Of a DNA stretch of 56,283 bases, positions 8,246 to 15,598 are shown piece after piece. Source of the stretch: Candidatus Colwellbacteria bacterium (GTDB lineage: Bacteria > Patescibacteriota > Minisyncoccia > UBA6257 > Colwellbacteraceae); assembly GCA_016176505.1 (NCBI GenBank), contig JACOXB010000007.1, forward strand, positions 1 to 56,283, read 5' to 3'. A program made the translations under genes and the position numbers. Under the pieces are notes generated by a model. It was not told where the DNA came from, did not search any database, and saw only the letters and a list, made by a program, of their open reading frames with translations. Every line of letters begins with the position of its first letter. Position 1 is the stretch's first letter.

Positions 8246-8270
8246 GGCCCGCAGGGAGTACCTGCGGGCC
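8246..8270 (-). terminator. hairpin closing cassette G3
   Basis: GGCCCGCAGG, GAGTA loop, CCTGCGGGCC, followed on the minus strand by AT-rich ATCTAATTTATAATTT. Confidence 0.6.
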
Positions 8271-8287
8271 AGAGAGCGGTTCCGCCC

Positions 8288-8374
8288 TTACTTGGGAGGC
8301 GGAGTAGGAGGCACGGGTCTACCGGGCCCTTCGGGCTTCGGGTATGGACCGGGCTTACCGGGCTTGTCTCCCAT
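8288..8374 (-). CDS. G3 small ORF b (28 aa, Pro/Gly/Lys-rich: MGDKPGKPGPYPKPEGPGRPVPPTPPPK)
   Basis: The ATG is preceded by AAAGGAGGTGGTGAAAA. The ORF ends 18 nt before the hairpin. Confidence 0.35.
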   Translation of the reverse strand: MGDKPGKPGPYPKPEGPGRPVPPTPPPK

Positions 8375-8377
8375 TTT

Positions 8378-8539
8378 TCACCACCTCCTTTCTGAGATCC
8401 GGTCGAAGATGCGGCGCACCGACGACCACCTCCACCAGAAGAAACGCGAGGACGAGAGCGAACGGTGCCAGCCTCTCGGCCTCTTCTTGCCCTTGGAATG
8501 CTGGCGGTTGCCGCTAGGTCTAGGGTGCCTTCGGGGCAT
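8378..8539 (-). CDS. G3 small ORF a (53 aa, Arg-rich); frame uncertain
   Basis: The ATG is preceded by GAAAGGGGGTGTG, and the stop lies inside the SD of ORF b. An alternative frame encodes a TM-like peptide (LAPFALVLAFLLVEVVVG) but has no ATG/GTG start. Confidence 0.25.
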   Translation of the reverse strand: MPRRHPRPSGNRQHSKGKKRPRGWHRSLSSSRFFWWRWSSVRRIFDRISERRW

Positions 8540-8671
8540 CACACCCCCTTTCGTCAAGGTGCGGACAGTTTGTACTATCTAACCGATACGCCCTTTTTAG
8601 AGTTTTTTCAAGAACTCAAATTCCCAGGGTTTTAGCTACTTTCAGGTCCAAGTCAGTAGTGATTAGAGCTT

Positions 8672-8905
8672 TTACTTGCGAATCGGTTTTATATTATAAC
8701 CAGTTTCATCAAGAATCTCCCGCTTAACGCATTCTTCTCTCGATTCATTGTAGCGCTGCTTGCCGCCAGGGAAAGCCCACTCAAGCACAGCGTCAGCGCT
8801 TCCAGTTTCTTTCTGGGCTCGGCGAATCATCAAAACTTCGCCCTTTTTATTAAGAACAATGCCGAGATTTATAAAATTAAGGCTTTCGGTTTTTTGTTCT
8901 GCCAT
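8672..8905 (-). pseudogene. truncated Nudix hydrolase (ends 12 aa after the Nudix box)
   Basis: The 77-aa sequence MAEQK...GGKQRYNESREECVKREILDETGYNIKPIRK-stop has an intact Nudix box (GX5EX7REUXEEXGU) but lacks the C-terminal half of the fold. It abuts GC-rich cassette G3. Confidence 0.5.
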
Positions 8906-8933
8906 AGTTAAATATTTTAGATTTTTTGGAGCC

Positions 8934-8968
8934 AAAAAGCGAAAACGCCCTCAATGGCTTTGAGGGCG
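8934..8968 (-). terminator. intrinsic terminator downstream of G4 ORF and tRNA-Phe
   Basis: CGCCCTCAA, 5-nt loop, TTGAGGGCG, followed on the minus strand by TTTTCGCTTTTT. Confidence 0.75.
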
Positions 8969-9027
8969 TCGATGGGCCTGCGGGCTTGTCTCGCCGTAGT
9001 CTGCCGAAGGCAGACGCAGGCGGATCG

Positions 9028-9101
9028 TGGCGGGGGGAGGAATCGAACCTCCGACACCCCGGTTTTCAGCCGGGTGCTCTGCCGTCTGAGCTACCACCGC
9101 C
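9028..9101 (-). tRNA. tRNA-Phe (GAA), slightly irregular
   Basis: The minus strand reads GGCGGTGGTAGCTCAGACGGCAGAGCACCCGGCTGAAAACCGGGGTGTCGGAGGTTCGATTCCTCCCCCCGCCA. The anticodon loop is CTGAAAA. There is one acceptor mismatch (T6/C67) and an extra nt before the D stem. Confidence 0.75.
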
Positions 9102-9119
9102 GGGTGGAACGCGGGAGAG

Positions 9120-9398
9120 TTACTCCCGAACCGGGATGCCAGGCATCGGCACCCCGACTGCTTCGCACTGGTCAGCTTGCCAGCCGACCAGGTAGAAACT
9201 CGGGTCGTGTTCAGCCTGGATCTTCCAAGCCTCGCACTCCGCCTTCTCTTGCCGCTTGAGGGCGGTATCGATGTCGGCCCTCACGAAAACCGCGAGAACC
9301 ACGAGTATCGCCGCCAGCAGCCATACCCAGGCGAGGCTGGCGCGCCGCTCACGCTTCTTCTGCCCCCGGTAAGGGAGGCTAATGTAGCTAAAAGACAT
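9120..9398 (-). CDS. GC-rich cassette G4: small membrane-anchored protein, unknown function
   Basis: 92 aa; the ATG is preceded by GGAAGGAGGAGGA. It has a basic N-terminus, a TM segment (LAWVWLLAAILVVLAVFV) and an extracytoplasmic tail with 2 Cys. The stop lies 18 nt upstream of tRNA-Phe. Confidence 0.65.
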   Translation of the reverse strand: MSFSYISLPYRGQKKRERRASLAWVWLLAAILVVLAVFVRADIDTALKRQEKAECEAWKIQAEHDPSFYLVGWQADQCEAVGVPMPGIPVRE

Positions 9399-9483
9399 TC
9401 CTCCTCCTTCCGGGGCCGCACGAAGTATGTCGGAGAACTATCCGCGCTTCGCGCGAGCAGTTCCCGCGCAAACACGTTTTGCT

Positions 9484-9512
9484 TTTATAGCATAGTTGCC
9501 CGCCCTAGTCAA
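9484..9512 (-). promoter_or_regulatory. sigma70-type promoter of G4 (TTGACT-N17-TATAAA)
   Basis: The minus strand reads TTGACTAGGGCGGGCAACTATGCTATAAA. The -35 box overlaps the stop of ORF 9505..10278. Confidence 0.65.
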
Positions 9513-10278
9513 GACGGGCAGACTCGATAATCTCGGCTTGCAAAATATCGGAAATATCCGCGTAAAGGATTTCTACCTCCTGGCCGCCATAAGCATAAGC
9601 CGCGACTTGGTAGGGATCAAAATAGATTATTAAGCCATCTTGAGACAGGGTAAATTTTTGATAATTCTCGATTTTCGGACCGGCGCCATCTTCGAGCCAG
9701 TCAGAATTAATATCCCGAGCTCTTAAATCAGTGATTGCGTAATCAGAAATTCTTTTTAAATAATTACTGTCTTCATTAAAAAGATCGCTAAATTCAAGTT
9801 CTTTTTCAGCCTCAAAATCGTAATTGAAAGTTAAATAATAATTATTAGGATGAGCCGCGCCAGTAATATAATCGGAAGCGATGAACTCGATGCTGGCTAG
9901 CTTCGGATTTAAAAGAATTATCTCGTAATCAATAATAAGCTCGCTTCCGAACTCGAACGGAACTCCGCCTTCAACCTCGTTGGCATTCTTCTTAAACTGC
10001 TCGACTATGGGCTCGATCTTTACTTGAAGTTTGCTATTCGCTCCTTCTGTTTCGGGCGCTCCGGAAAAACGAGGGTATTTAACATCGATGGTGTATTTAA
10101 AGGTTCTCTGCCTAATGGCCGCAGCCTCAATTTTAATCAGCGGTTCCTCTTCCGGCGGTGTTTCAACCCTCTCCCCCCAGAACGGAAGCAGACCCCAAAG
10201 ACGGACGGCTAAAATAACCGCGGCTGAAATTAAAAGTAGAACGCCTGCACCAATCAAAATTTTTACCCGTTTCTCCAT
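9505..10278 (-). CDS. secreted/membrane-anchored protein (DUF4163/DUF3298-like, tentative)
   Basis: 257 aa with an N-terminal TM anchor. The segment TFKYTIDVKYPRFSG and the overall beta-rich pattern resemble the RsiV/PdaC C-terminal family (recalled from memory, not searched). Confidence 0.7.
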   Translation of the reverse strand: MEKRVKILIGAGVLLLISAAVILAVRLWGLLPFWGERVETPPEEEPLIKIEAAAIRQRTFKYTIDVKYPRFSGAPETEGANSKLQVKIEPIVEQFKKNANEVEGGVPFEFGSELIIDYEIILLNPKLASIEFIASDYITGAAHPNNYYLTFNYDFEAEKELEFSDLFNEDSNYLKRISDYAITDLRARDINSDWLEDGAGPKIENYQKFTLSQDGLIIYFDPYQVAAYAYGGQEVEILYADISDILQAEIIESARLD

Positions 10279-10286
10279 CGAATTAC

Positions 10287-11405
10287 TTAATCCAGGGCGG
10301 CTGGACTGATCTTAATAATTTTATCATCGCCAGCTCCGGGCCTGCCGCGGCCATCCCGGTTGCTTGTGGTTAAGTAAAGCATTTTATCTAGTCCTAATCT
10401 TACGGTTCGAATGCGCCCGAACTCGCCTTTGAAGTGAACTTTTAGTTCCGCAATCTGATTCCCTTCGAGCCTGGCTTCATAAAGCGCCTCGCCTCGAAGG
10501 CCGCCGAAGAAAAGTCGGCCCTTAAAATAGGTGAGGCTCGCTGGTGCCCAGGTAACATCAGACCCAGATTGAAGCACGGGCGAGACCATATCCGGAGCTG
10601 TTTCCTCGCCTTGAATTTCTGGCCAGCCGTAATTTAGGCCTTTTTGAACCAGGTTAATTTCATCAAGCCCGGAAAGCAGGCCGGAACGGCCATGCTCAGT
10701 GGCCCAAAGCCGACCCTCGTCATCCCAGGCCAAACCCTGAGGATTACGATGACCATAAGAATAAACAGGCGTGCCAAAAGGATTATCTTCTGGAACCTGT
10801 CCGTCATCCTTGAGTCTTAAAATTTTTCCAGCTAAAGAATTTCGATCCTGGGCTAAATTCTCTTTAGTGGCGTCGCCGGTTGTAATGTATAAGAGGCCGT
10901 CCGGACCAAATTCCATCCGGCCGCCGTCATGATACAAAGCACCGGGAATATTGCCGATGATTAATTTTTCATCAACGAGCTTGTTCCCCTCCAGGCGGTA
11001 ACGCTCGACCCGATTTTCAGTCTGACCCTCTTCGCCCGGGGCAGTGAGATAAAGATAAAGCAAGTGATTGCGAGAAAAATCCGGATGAAGCACTAAACCT
11101 AAAAGGCCGCCTTCGCCCTTGGACTTGACTCGGTTAATCGGAATCTCGACGCGCTCGCCGGACGAGCTAATTCTCGTTAGCCTCCCCGTTCTTTCGGTTA
11201 CAAGGAGATCGCCGCCGGGCAAAAAGGCAATGTCCCAGGGGATTTCCAAGTTTTCGACGACGATTGTAACCGCTTCGGCCGGAGTCGATTGCCCCCTGAA
11301 CTGATTGGAAATGAAAGTTTGCCGATCCTGCCAGAAAATTAGAAGGGCAATAAACCCCAGGCCTAAAATCACCGCTAAGATTAGATTTTTATTTTTCAAC
11401 CTCAT
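10287..11405 (-). CDS. PQQ-dependent sugar (glucose/sorbosone) dehydrogenase family protein
   Basis: 372 aa with GLLGLVLHPDF, HDGGRMEFGPDGLLYITTGD and YSYGHRNPQGLAWDDEGRLWATEHG...NYGWP, typical of the beta-propeller soluble aldose dehydrogenases. Confidence 0.85.
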   Translation of the reverse strand: MRLKNKNLILAVILGLGFIALLIFWQDRQTFISNQFRGQSTPAEAVTIVVENLEIPWDIAFLPGGDLLVTERTGRLTRISSSGERVEIPINRVKSKGEGGLLGLVLHPDFSRNHLLYLYLTAPGEEGQTENRVERYRLEGNKLVDEKLIIGNIPGALYHDGGRMEFGPDGLLYITTGDATKENLAQDRNSLAGKILRLKDDGQVPEDNPFGTPVYSYGHRNPQGLAWDDEGRLWATEHGRSGLLSGLDEINLVQKGLNYGWPEIQGEETAPDMVSPVLQSGSDVTWAPASLTYFKGRLFFGGLRGEALYEARLEGNQIAELKVHFKGEFGRIRTVRLGLDKMLYLTTSNRDGRGRPGAGDDKIIKISPAALD

Positions 11406-12244
11406 AGGCCGAAAACTTGTTCGGGATAAACGTGCTCCACCCCGGGTGAATCTTCCGGCTCTTCCCTAATCACCCGAACCACACCCTCTTCGATGTTGAA
11501 TTCAATAATAACACTGCTTCTGTTGTTATTGAAATTCGATTCTTCAAAGCGGTTCGAGGGGTTAACGGTAAAAGAAAGGCGATAGGTGCCGCTTGGCAGA
11601 CTAGAAACATCGAGGCCTTGATCTGGATAATCGTAAAAGTAGGTATCGCCCCAGCCAACTGAAATCCCCTGAAGTTCTTTGCCACAAATTAAGTACTTCG
11701 CCTCGGTTGCTCGATACTCAAGCTCTAAATCAACTCGGCTGACATCCCGAATACAGAAAGTGGATTTCACATGGATCCCCGGGATCCCAGATAAATCATG
11801 GGCGCCGGATACTTCAACTGGCTCAAGATCGTAATTTACAAAGTCGGCAAAATGGTAATGAAGGTGCGACTGGTGCCAAAGAAAATTGCCCACCACTTTA
11901 TCGCGGAAGTTGCCGTCCACGTCGTAAATTCTTTGCAAAACATCGCGATTGATGTCGTCTCGGATACCCCTAGTTACCTCATCGGCTCGGAGTTCAAGCG
12001 ATCCCCGGCCCTGATTATAATAACTGGTGCTAAATAAAAGTTGGGCCGTGCTCCCGTTTTTAACTAGTTTTAAATCCCGGGCTGGTAAAGGAACAAGGTC
12101 GGGTAATAGGTCTTTGCCAAAAACCAGCTCGGGTAAAACCATCGACGGCGTTTCGGTCGCGGCCTTATCAGTCTGAAGCCAAAAATAACCACTCCCTAAA
12201 AAGGCGAGGCTCGAAAGAATAACCAAAGTTTCTTTATATTTCAT
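11402..12244 (-). CDS. lysyl oxidase-like (LOX catalytic domain-like) secreted protein
   Basis: 280 aa with a signal/TM segment. WHQSHLHYHF matches the LOX copper site WHxCHxHYH. GWGDTYFYDYPDQGLDVSSLPSGTYRLSFTVNPSNRFEESNFNNN matches the LOX C-terminal ...DCQWIDITDV.PG.Y.L.V.VNP...V.ESD..NN. Confidence 0.7.
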   Translation of the reverse strand: MKYKETLVILSSLAFLGSGYFWLQTDKAATETPSMVLPELVFGKDLLPDLVPLPARDLKLVKNGSTAQLLFSTSYYNQGRGSLELRADEVTRGIRDDINRDVLQRIYDVDGNFRDKVVGNFLWHQSHLHYHFADFVNYDLEPVEVSGAHDLSGIPGIHVKSTFCIRDVSRVDLELEYRATEAKYLICGKELQGISVGWGDTYFYDYPDQGLDVSSLPSGTYRLSFTVNPSNRFEESNFNNNRSSVIIEFNIEEGVVRVIREEPEDSPGVEHVYPEQVFGL

Positions 12245-12251
12245 AAGCGAG

Positions 12252-12322
12252 TGGACCTAGCGAGAATCGAACTCGCGTCTCCGCAATGCGAATGCGGTGT
12301 CGTGCCACTAGACCATAGGCCC
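12252..12322 (-). tRNA. tRNA-Ala (CGC)
   Basis: The minus strand reads GGGCCTATGGTCTAGTGGCACGACACCGCATTCGCATTGCGGAGACGCGAGTTCGATTCTCGCTAGGTCCA. It has the G3:U70 pair and the anticodon loop TTCGCAT. Confidence 0.9.
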
Positions 12323-12326
12323 AAAT

Positions 12327-13004
12327 TTAATCAACCGTTACAATTTTAGCGGTTTCGGCGGCTTTTTGAATAGCGACCTCGTCGCCTGTCTTAAGCCGAA
12401 TTTCATCCTCCCAATTATCGGCATAAACTACGGCTGGACCTCGGGCAATCTTCACTTTAATTAGGCTGTCTTCTTTTAAAACCAAATGATCTGAAGGCTC
12501 GGTGCTGTTATTAAAAGCTACGCCAATTCCTACTTCGAAAAAACTGTCCGTAATACTCCGGTAATAAGCAGTTGAACCAAAGGGTGTGGCGACAACAACG
12601 CCATCACCAATCACTTCGCCAGCCACACTCCGGTCATTCACTAAAAGTTCGTAGCGAATAGCGTGCCGCGGATCAACATTATGAACAATAATGTCATTTA
12701 GAGCTACAAGTTTTTTATCCCCGAACCCGGCTTCGAGTTTAAATAATTCTTCGGTCTTATACTCACCCCTCGCCACTCTTCTTAGAACCTCGTCGTTTGG
12801 AAGAAGCGAACATTTTTTACAGACAGCGCTGTTTTTCAAAACTATTTTAGTGAGGCCCGGGAAAAGATGCTCGGAGCGAACCAGAGTGCCGTCGCCGCCA
12901 TAACTGATTACGAATTCGGGTTTAGTTTCAACAATTTCAATCCCAACCCCCTTAAGCAAGGATGTAACTGCCTCTTGATTTTCGCCGACCACCACCACTC
13001 TCAT
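12327..13004 (-). CDS. ppnK: NAD kinase
   Basis: It has the GGDGT motif (ISYGGDGTLV) and is conserved over the NAD kinase length. The start is set at ATG (MRVVVVGENQ); the track ORF starts 6 codons earlier at TTG. Confidence 0.85.
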   Translation of the reverse strand: MRVVVVGENQEAVTSLLKGVGIEIVETKPEFVISYGGDGTLVRSEHLFPGLTKIVLKNSAVCKKCSLLPNDEVLRRVARGEYKTEELFKLEAGFGDKKLVALNDIIVHNVDPRHAIRYELLVNDRSVAGEVIGDGVVVATPFGSTAYYRSITDSFFEVGIGVAFNNSTEPSDHLVLKEDSLIKVKIARGPAVVYADNWEDEIRLKTGDEVAIQKAAETAKIVTVD

Positions 13005-13020
13005 CAATAGGGATGATAAC

Positions 13021-13058
13021 AAAAAGAATGCTCCGACTTAAGTCGGAGCATTCTTTTT
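13021..13058. terminator. perfect 38-nt palindromic bidirectional terminator
   Basis: AAAAAGAATGCTCCGACTT | AAGTCGGAGCATTCTTTTT. Confidence 0.8.
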
Positions 13059-13075
13059 GTTCACTTCGCCTCAAC

Positions 13076-14212
13076 CTAGTAGCCGAGGTTAATCTCTAGA
13101 CTGCCTTCGCTGTCCATCTCGGTCTCGTTCTGATTTTCCTCCTTGTCTTCATCAGCGTCAGAGTTGACCGAACCTTGACCACCAATCCTTAACTCGGCTC
13201 TTGGCAGATCAAGCTTAATACCTAAGTTGCCTTCAGCCGCTAAGGTCAGTTGAGCCTCTTCGGCAAGCCACAGGGCCTGATTAAAGAGGATGAAGGCTTC
13301 GGCATAACCTTCGGCCGCGAGCTTCTCTTTACCTTCGGCAAAAGCAGTCTCGGCCGCTCTTAATCTCACTTCAGCTTCAGCCACGAGTTCAGCATCAGTC
13401 GATTCCTTCTTTTTGTCGAAGAAAGCCTCAACTTCTTCAATCTTATTCTCGGCTGCCGTCATCTTGCCGCGAGCCGCAGCCTCGAAATCAGCATTAGCGT
13501 TTGCGGCGAGATTGGCCTCGGTCTCACTTCTCGCTTCCATCGAAGAGGCGGTATTGGCTTTAACGCCCTGGAGCATGGCGTTAATCGAAGTCTCGGCTTC
13601 GGGCTTCACTATAAGCAGGCCCCTCAAAACGAGCTCATGAGCTCGAAACATAGCCTCAAGCCCAGAAGAAATATTAAGGCTGATCTCAAGGTTTCCTGCG
13701 TCAGCAAACCGAGAAGCCAAGACTCGAGCTCGCTCGGCTCGCTCGTTTAACCGGACCTCAATCTCTGCCTGAGTTTCGGCATCAAGCCGACCTCGAGCTG
13801 CTAATTTTTCAGCCTCCTCAAGCCGCCGCTCAGCCAACCTAACATTAAGATCGGCTTTGGCCGCAGTGTCGAAAGTCAACCAGCCCTGGACTCTTTCATT
13901 AACTTCAACTTTCACCGGATAAAGAGCATCCCCAGGAAGAGAACCTCCAGCCGCCATAGCCGTACCGCCCGATAGAAGCAGGACGATCACAAGTACTATT
14001 GGCATGGGTTTTAATCTATTTAGTAACCATGGGATTCGGAGAATCGACTCTTTTTCTCCATCCAAAACTTGTTGACGAACCACAACCTCGGCTCTTACTG
14101 GATGAGTTTTAATAAAGTTAACTAGGCCCCTTTTAAGCTCGGCTTTATCAGCTTTTGATAAACCTACGGATTTAGCCTCTTTTATAATTTGTTCAAAATT
14201 TTTCTTAATCAT
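13076..14212 (-). CDS. membrane-anchored coiled-coil protein downstream of ECF sigma (DUF5667-like, putative anti-sigma partner)
   Basis: 378 aa with a central TM segment and an Ala/Glu-rich coiled coil. It overlaps the stop of sigma gene 14209..14733 by 4 nt. Confidence 0.7.
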   Translation of the reverse strand: MIKKNFEQIIKEAKSVGLSKADKAELKRGLVNFIKTHPVRAEVVVRQQVLDGEKESILRIPWLLNRLKPMPIVLVIVLLLSGGTAMAAGGSLPGDALYPVKVEVNERVQGWLTFDTAAKADLNVRLAERRLEEAEKLAARGRLDAETQAEIEVRLNERAERARVLASRFADAGNLEISLNISSGLEAMFRAHELVLRGLLIVKPEAETSINAMLQGVKANTASSMEARSETEANLAANANADFEAAARGKMTAAENKIEEVEAFFDKKKESTDAELVAEAEVRLRAAETAFAEGKEKLAAEGYAEAFILFNQALWLAEEAQLTLAAEGNLGIKLDLPRAELRIGGQGSVNSDADEDKEENQNETEMDSEGSLEINLGY

Positions 14213-14733
14213 TTTCGTTTTTCGGATTTTTGGGCCTCGGCCTCGAGCAGGACTTTTACCTTTTTCAGCCCTCTGTGAAGACGGACCGAGATTACATTTT
14301 CTTTCTCTTCGAGCACGGCCGCAATTTCCTTCGGCGTCAGGTCGTCAATATACCTCATAATAATCACCTCCCGGTACTTTTCATCCAAGCTCCGCACGAG
14401 CCGCAGGGCATCGTGGCCCATTATGGCCGCTTCGGAGTTTGTGGGATTTGCTGCTGGAGCGAATCCCTCGTCCATCAAGGCATCGAGGGAAAGGGCTTTT
14501 TTCTTCCGACTGTTATCAATAATTAAATTATTAGCGATCCGGTAAAGAAAAGCTCGGAAATTTTCCACCACGCCGCCGTCAGCGAGGTATGCCCAAGCCC
14601 GGGAGTAAGTTTCCTGAACCAAGTCTTTGGCGAGTTCCTTATCCGAGACCCGGAAGTAGCAGTGGCGGAAAATCGCATCAGCCCACGCGTCGTAGGCTTC
14701 TAGAAATTTTTCTCTTTCCCCTTCTTTCCCCAT
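14209..14733 (-). CDS. ECF-type RNA polymerase sigma-70 factor
   Basis: 174 aa; region 2 (LVQETYSRAWAYL...IANNLIIDNSRK) and region 4 (LTPKEIAAVLEEKENVISVRLHRGLKKV) are recognisable. Confidence 0.85.
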   Translation of the reverse strand: MGKEGEREKFLEAYDAWADAIFRHCYFRVSDKELAKDLVQETYSRAWAYLADGGVVENFRAFLYRIANNLIIDNSRKKKALSLDALMDEGFAPAANPTNSEAAIMGHDALRLVRSLDEKYREVIIMRYIDDLTPKEIAAVLEEKENVISVRLHRGLKKVKVLLEAEAQKSEKRK

Positions 14734-14768
14734 TTATATGACGATTTTATAGCCCTAATATTACTCAG

Positions 14769-14839
14769 TCGGGGTGGGGAGAATCGAACTCCCTCTACAC
14801 GCACCCGAAGCGTGCGTACTGCCGGTATACTACACCCCG
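14769..14839 (-). tRNA. tRNA-Pro (CGG)
   Basis: The minus strand reads CGGGGTGTAGTATACCGGCAGTACGCACGCTTCGGGTGCGTGTAGAGGGAGTTCGATTCTCCCCACCCCGA. The acceptor stem is perfect and the anticodon loop is TTCGGGT. Confidence 0.9.
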
Positions 14840-15598
14840 AAGACTTCTTAGTGCTGGCGAGTCTTTAGTAGCTAAGATCCGGCGCCCGCTCCTCCGCCCC
14901 AAGCCGTTTTCGATTTCCGGATGCCGCGAGAAATAATCTTCGAGCTTCGCGGCAATAATCGGCCCCTGAGAGACAAGTTTAACTCCTCGAGGAAGTAAAG
15001 ACTTAAATTCTCCTTCAATCAGCGCGTAATGAGTGCAGCCCAAAATAATGCTATCAATCCTAGAAGCTTTTGTAAAAAGCTTATTTAAGTAGCCCCGAAG
15101 CACCGCTTTTAACGCTTCGCCTTCGATCTCGCCAGCCTCAAGCATCGGTACTAAAAGCGGGCAGGCAACACCGTGAACCTTAATCGAGGGGTCAGCTTTC
15201 TTAATTTCTTTTTCATAAGCCCGAGATAAAATCGTGGCCGTGGTCCCGAGCACCCCCACCTCTCCGGTCTTAGTAAAAGTATTAATTTCCTCAGCAGTCG
15301 GAATAATAATTCCGAGGACTTTTTTATCCGGATAAAATCGCGGTAAAAATTCTTGCTGGACTTTCCGAAGAGCGCTCGACGAGGAAGTATTACAAGCGAG
15401 AATTACCAACTCGGCCCCAAAACCGAAAAGAGCTATTACCCCTTCTTTTGTAAATTGATAAATTTCATCTTGATCCCGATCACCGTAAGGAGCCCGGGCG
15501 TTATCACCCAAGTAAATATAAGAATAGCCGGGCAATGACTTGGTTACTTCTTTCAAAACAGTTAGGCCGCCGAAGCCGGAATCAAAAAATCCAATCAC
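14795..15598 (-). CDS. murI: glutamate racemase
   Basis: It has DSGFGGLTV, ACNTSS and GCTHY (the two catalytic Cys motifs). The last 15 codons run into tRNA-Pro on the same strand. Confidence 0.85.
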   Translation of the reverse strand: MIGFFDSGFGGLTVLKEVTKSLPGYSYIYLGDNARAPYGDRDQDEIYQFTKEGVIALFGFGAELVILACNTSSSSALRKVQQEFLPRFYPDKKVLGIIIPTAEEINTFTKTGEVGVLGTTATILSRAYEKEIKKADPSIKVHGVACPLLVPMLEAGEIEGEALKAVLRGYLNKLFTKASRIDSIILGCTHYALIEGEFKSLLPRGVKLVSQGPIIAAKLEDYFSRHPEIENGLGRRSGRRILATKDSPALRSLRGVVYRQYARFGCV

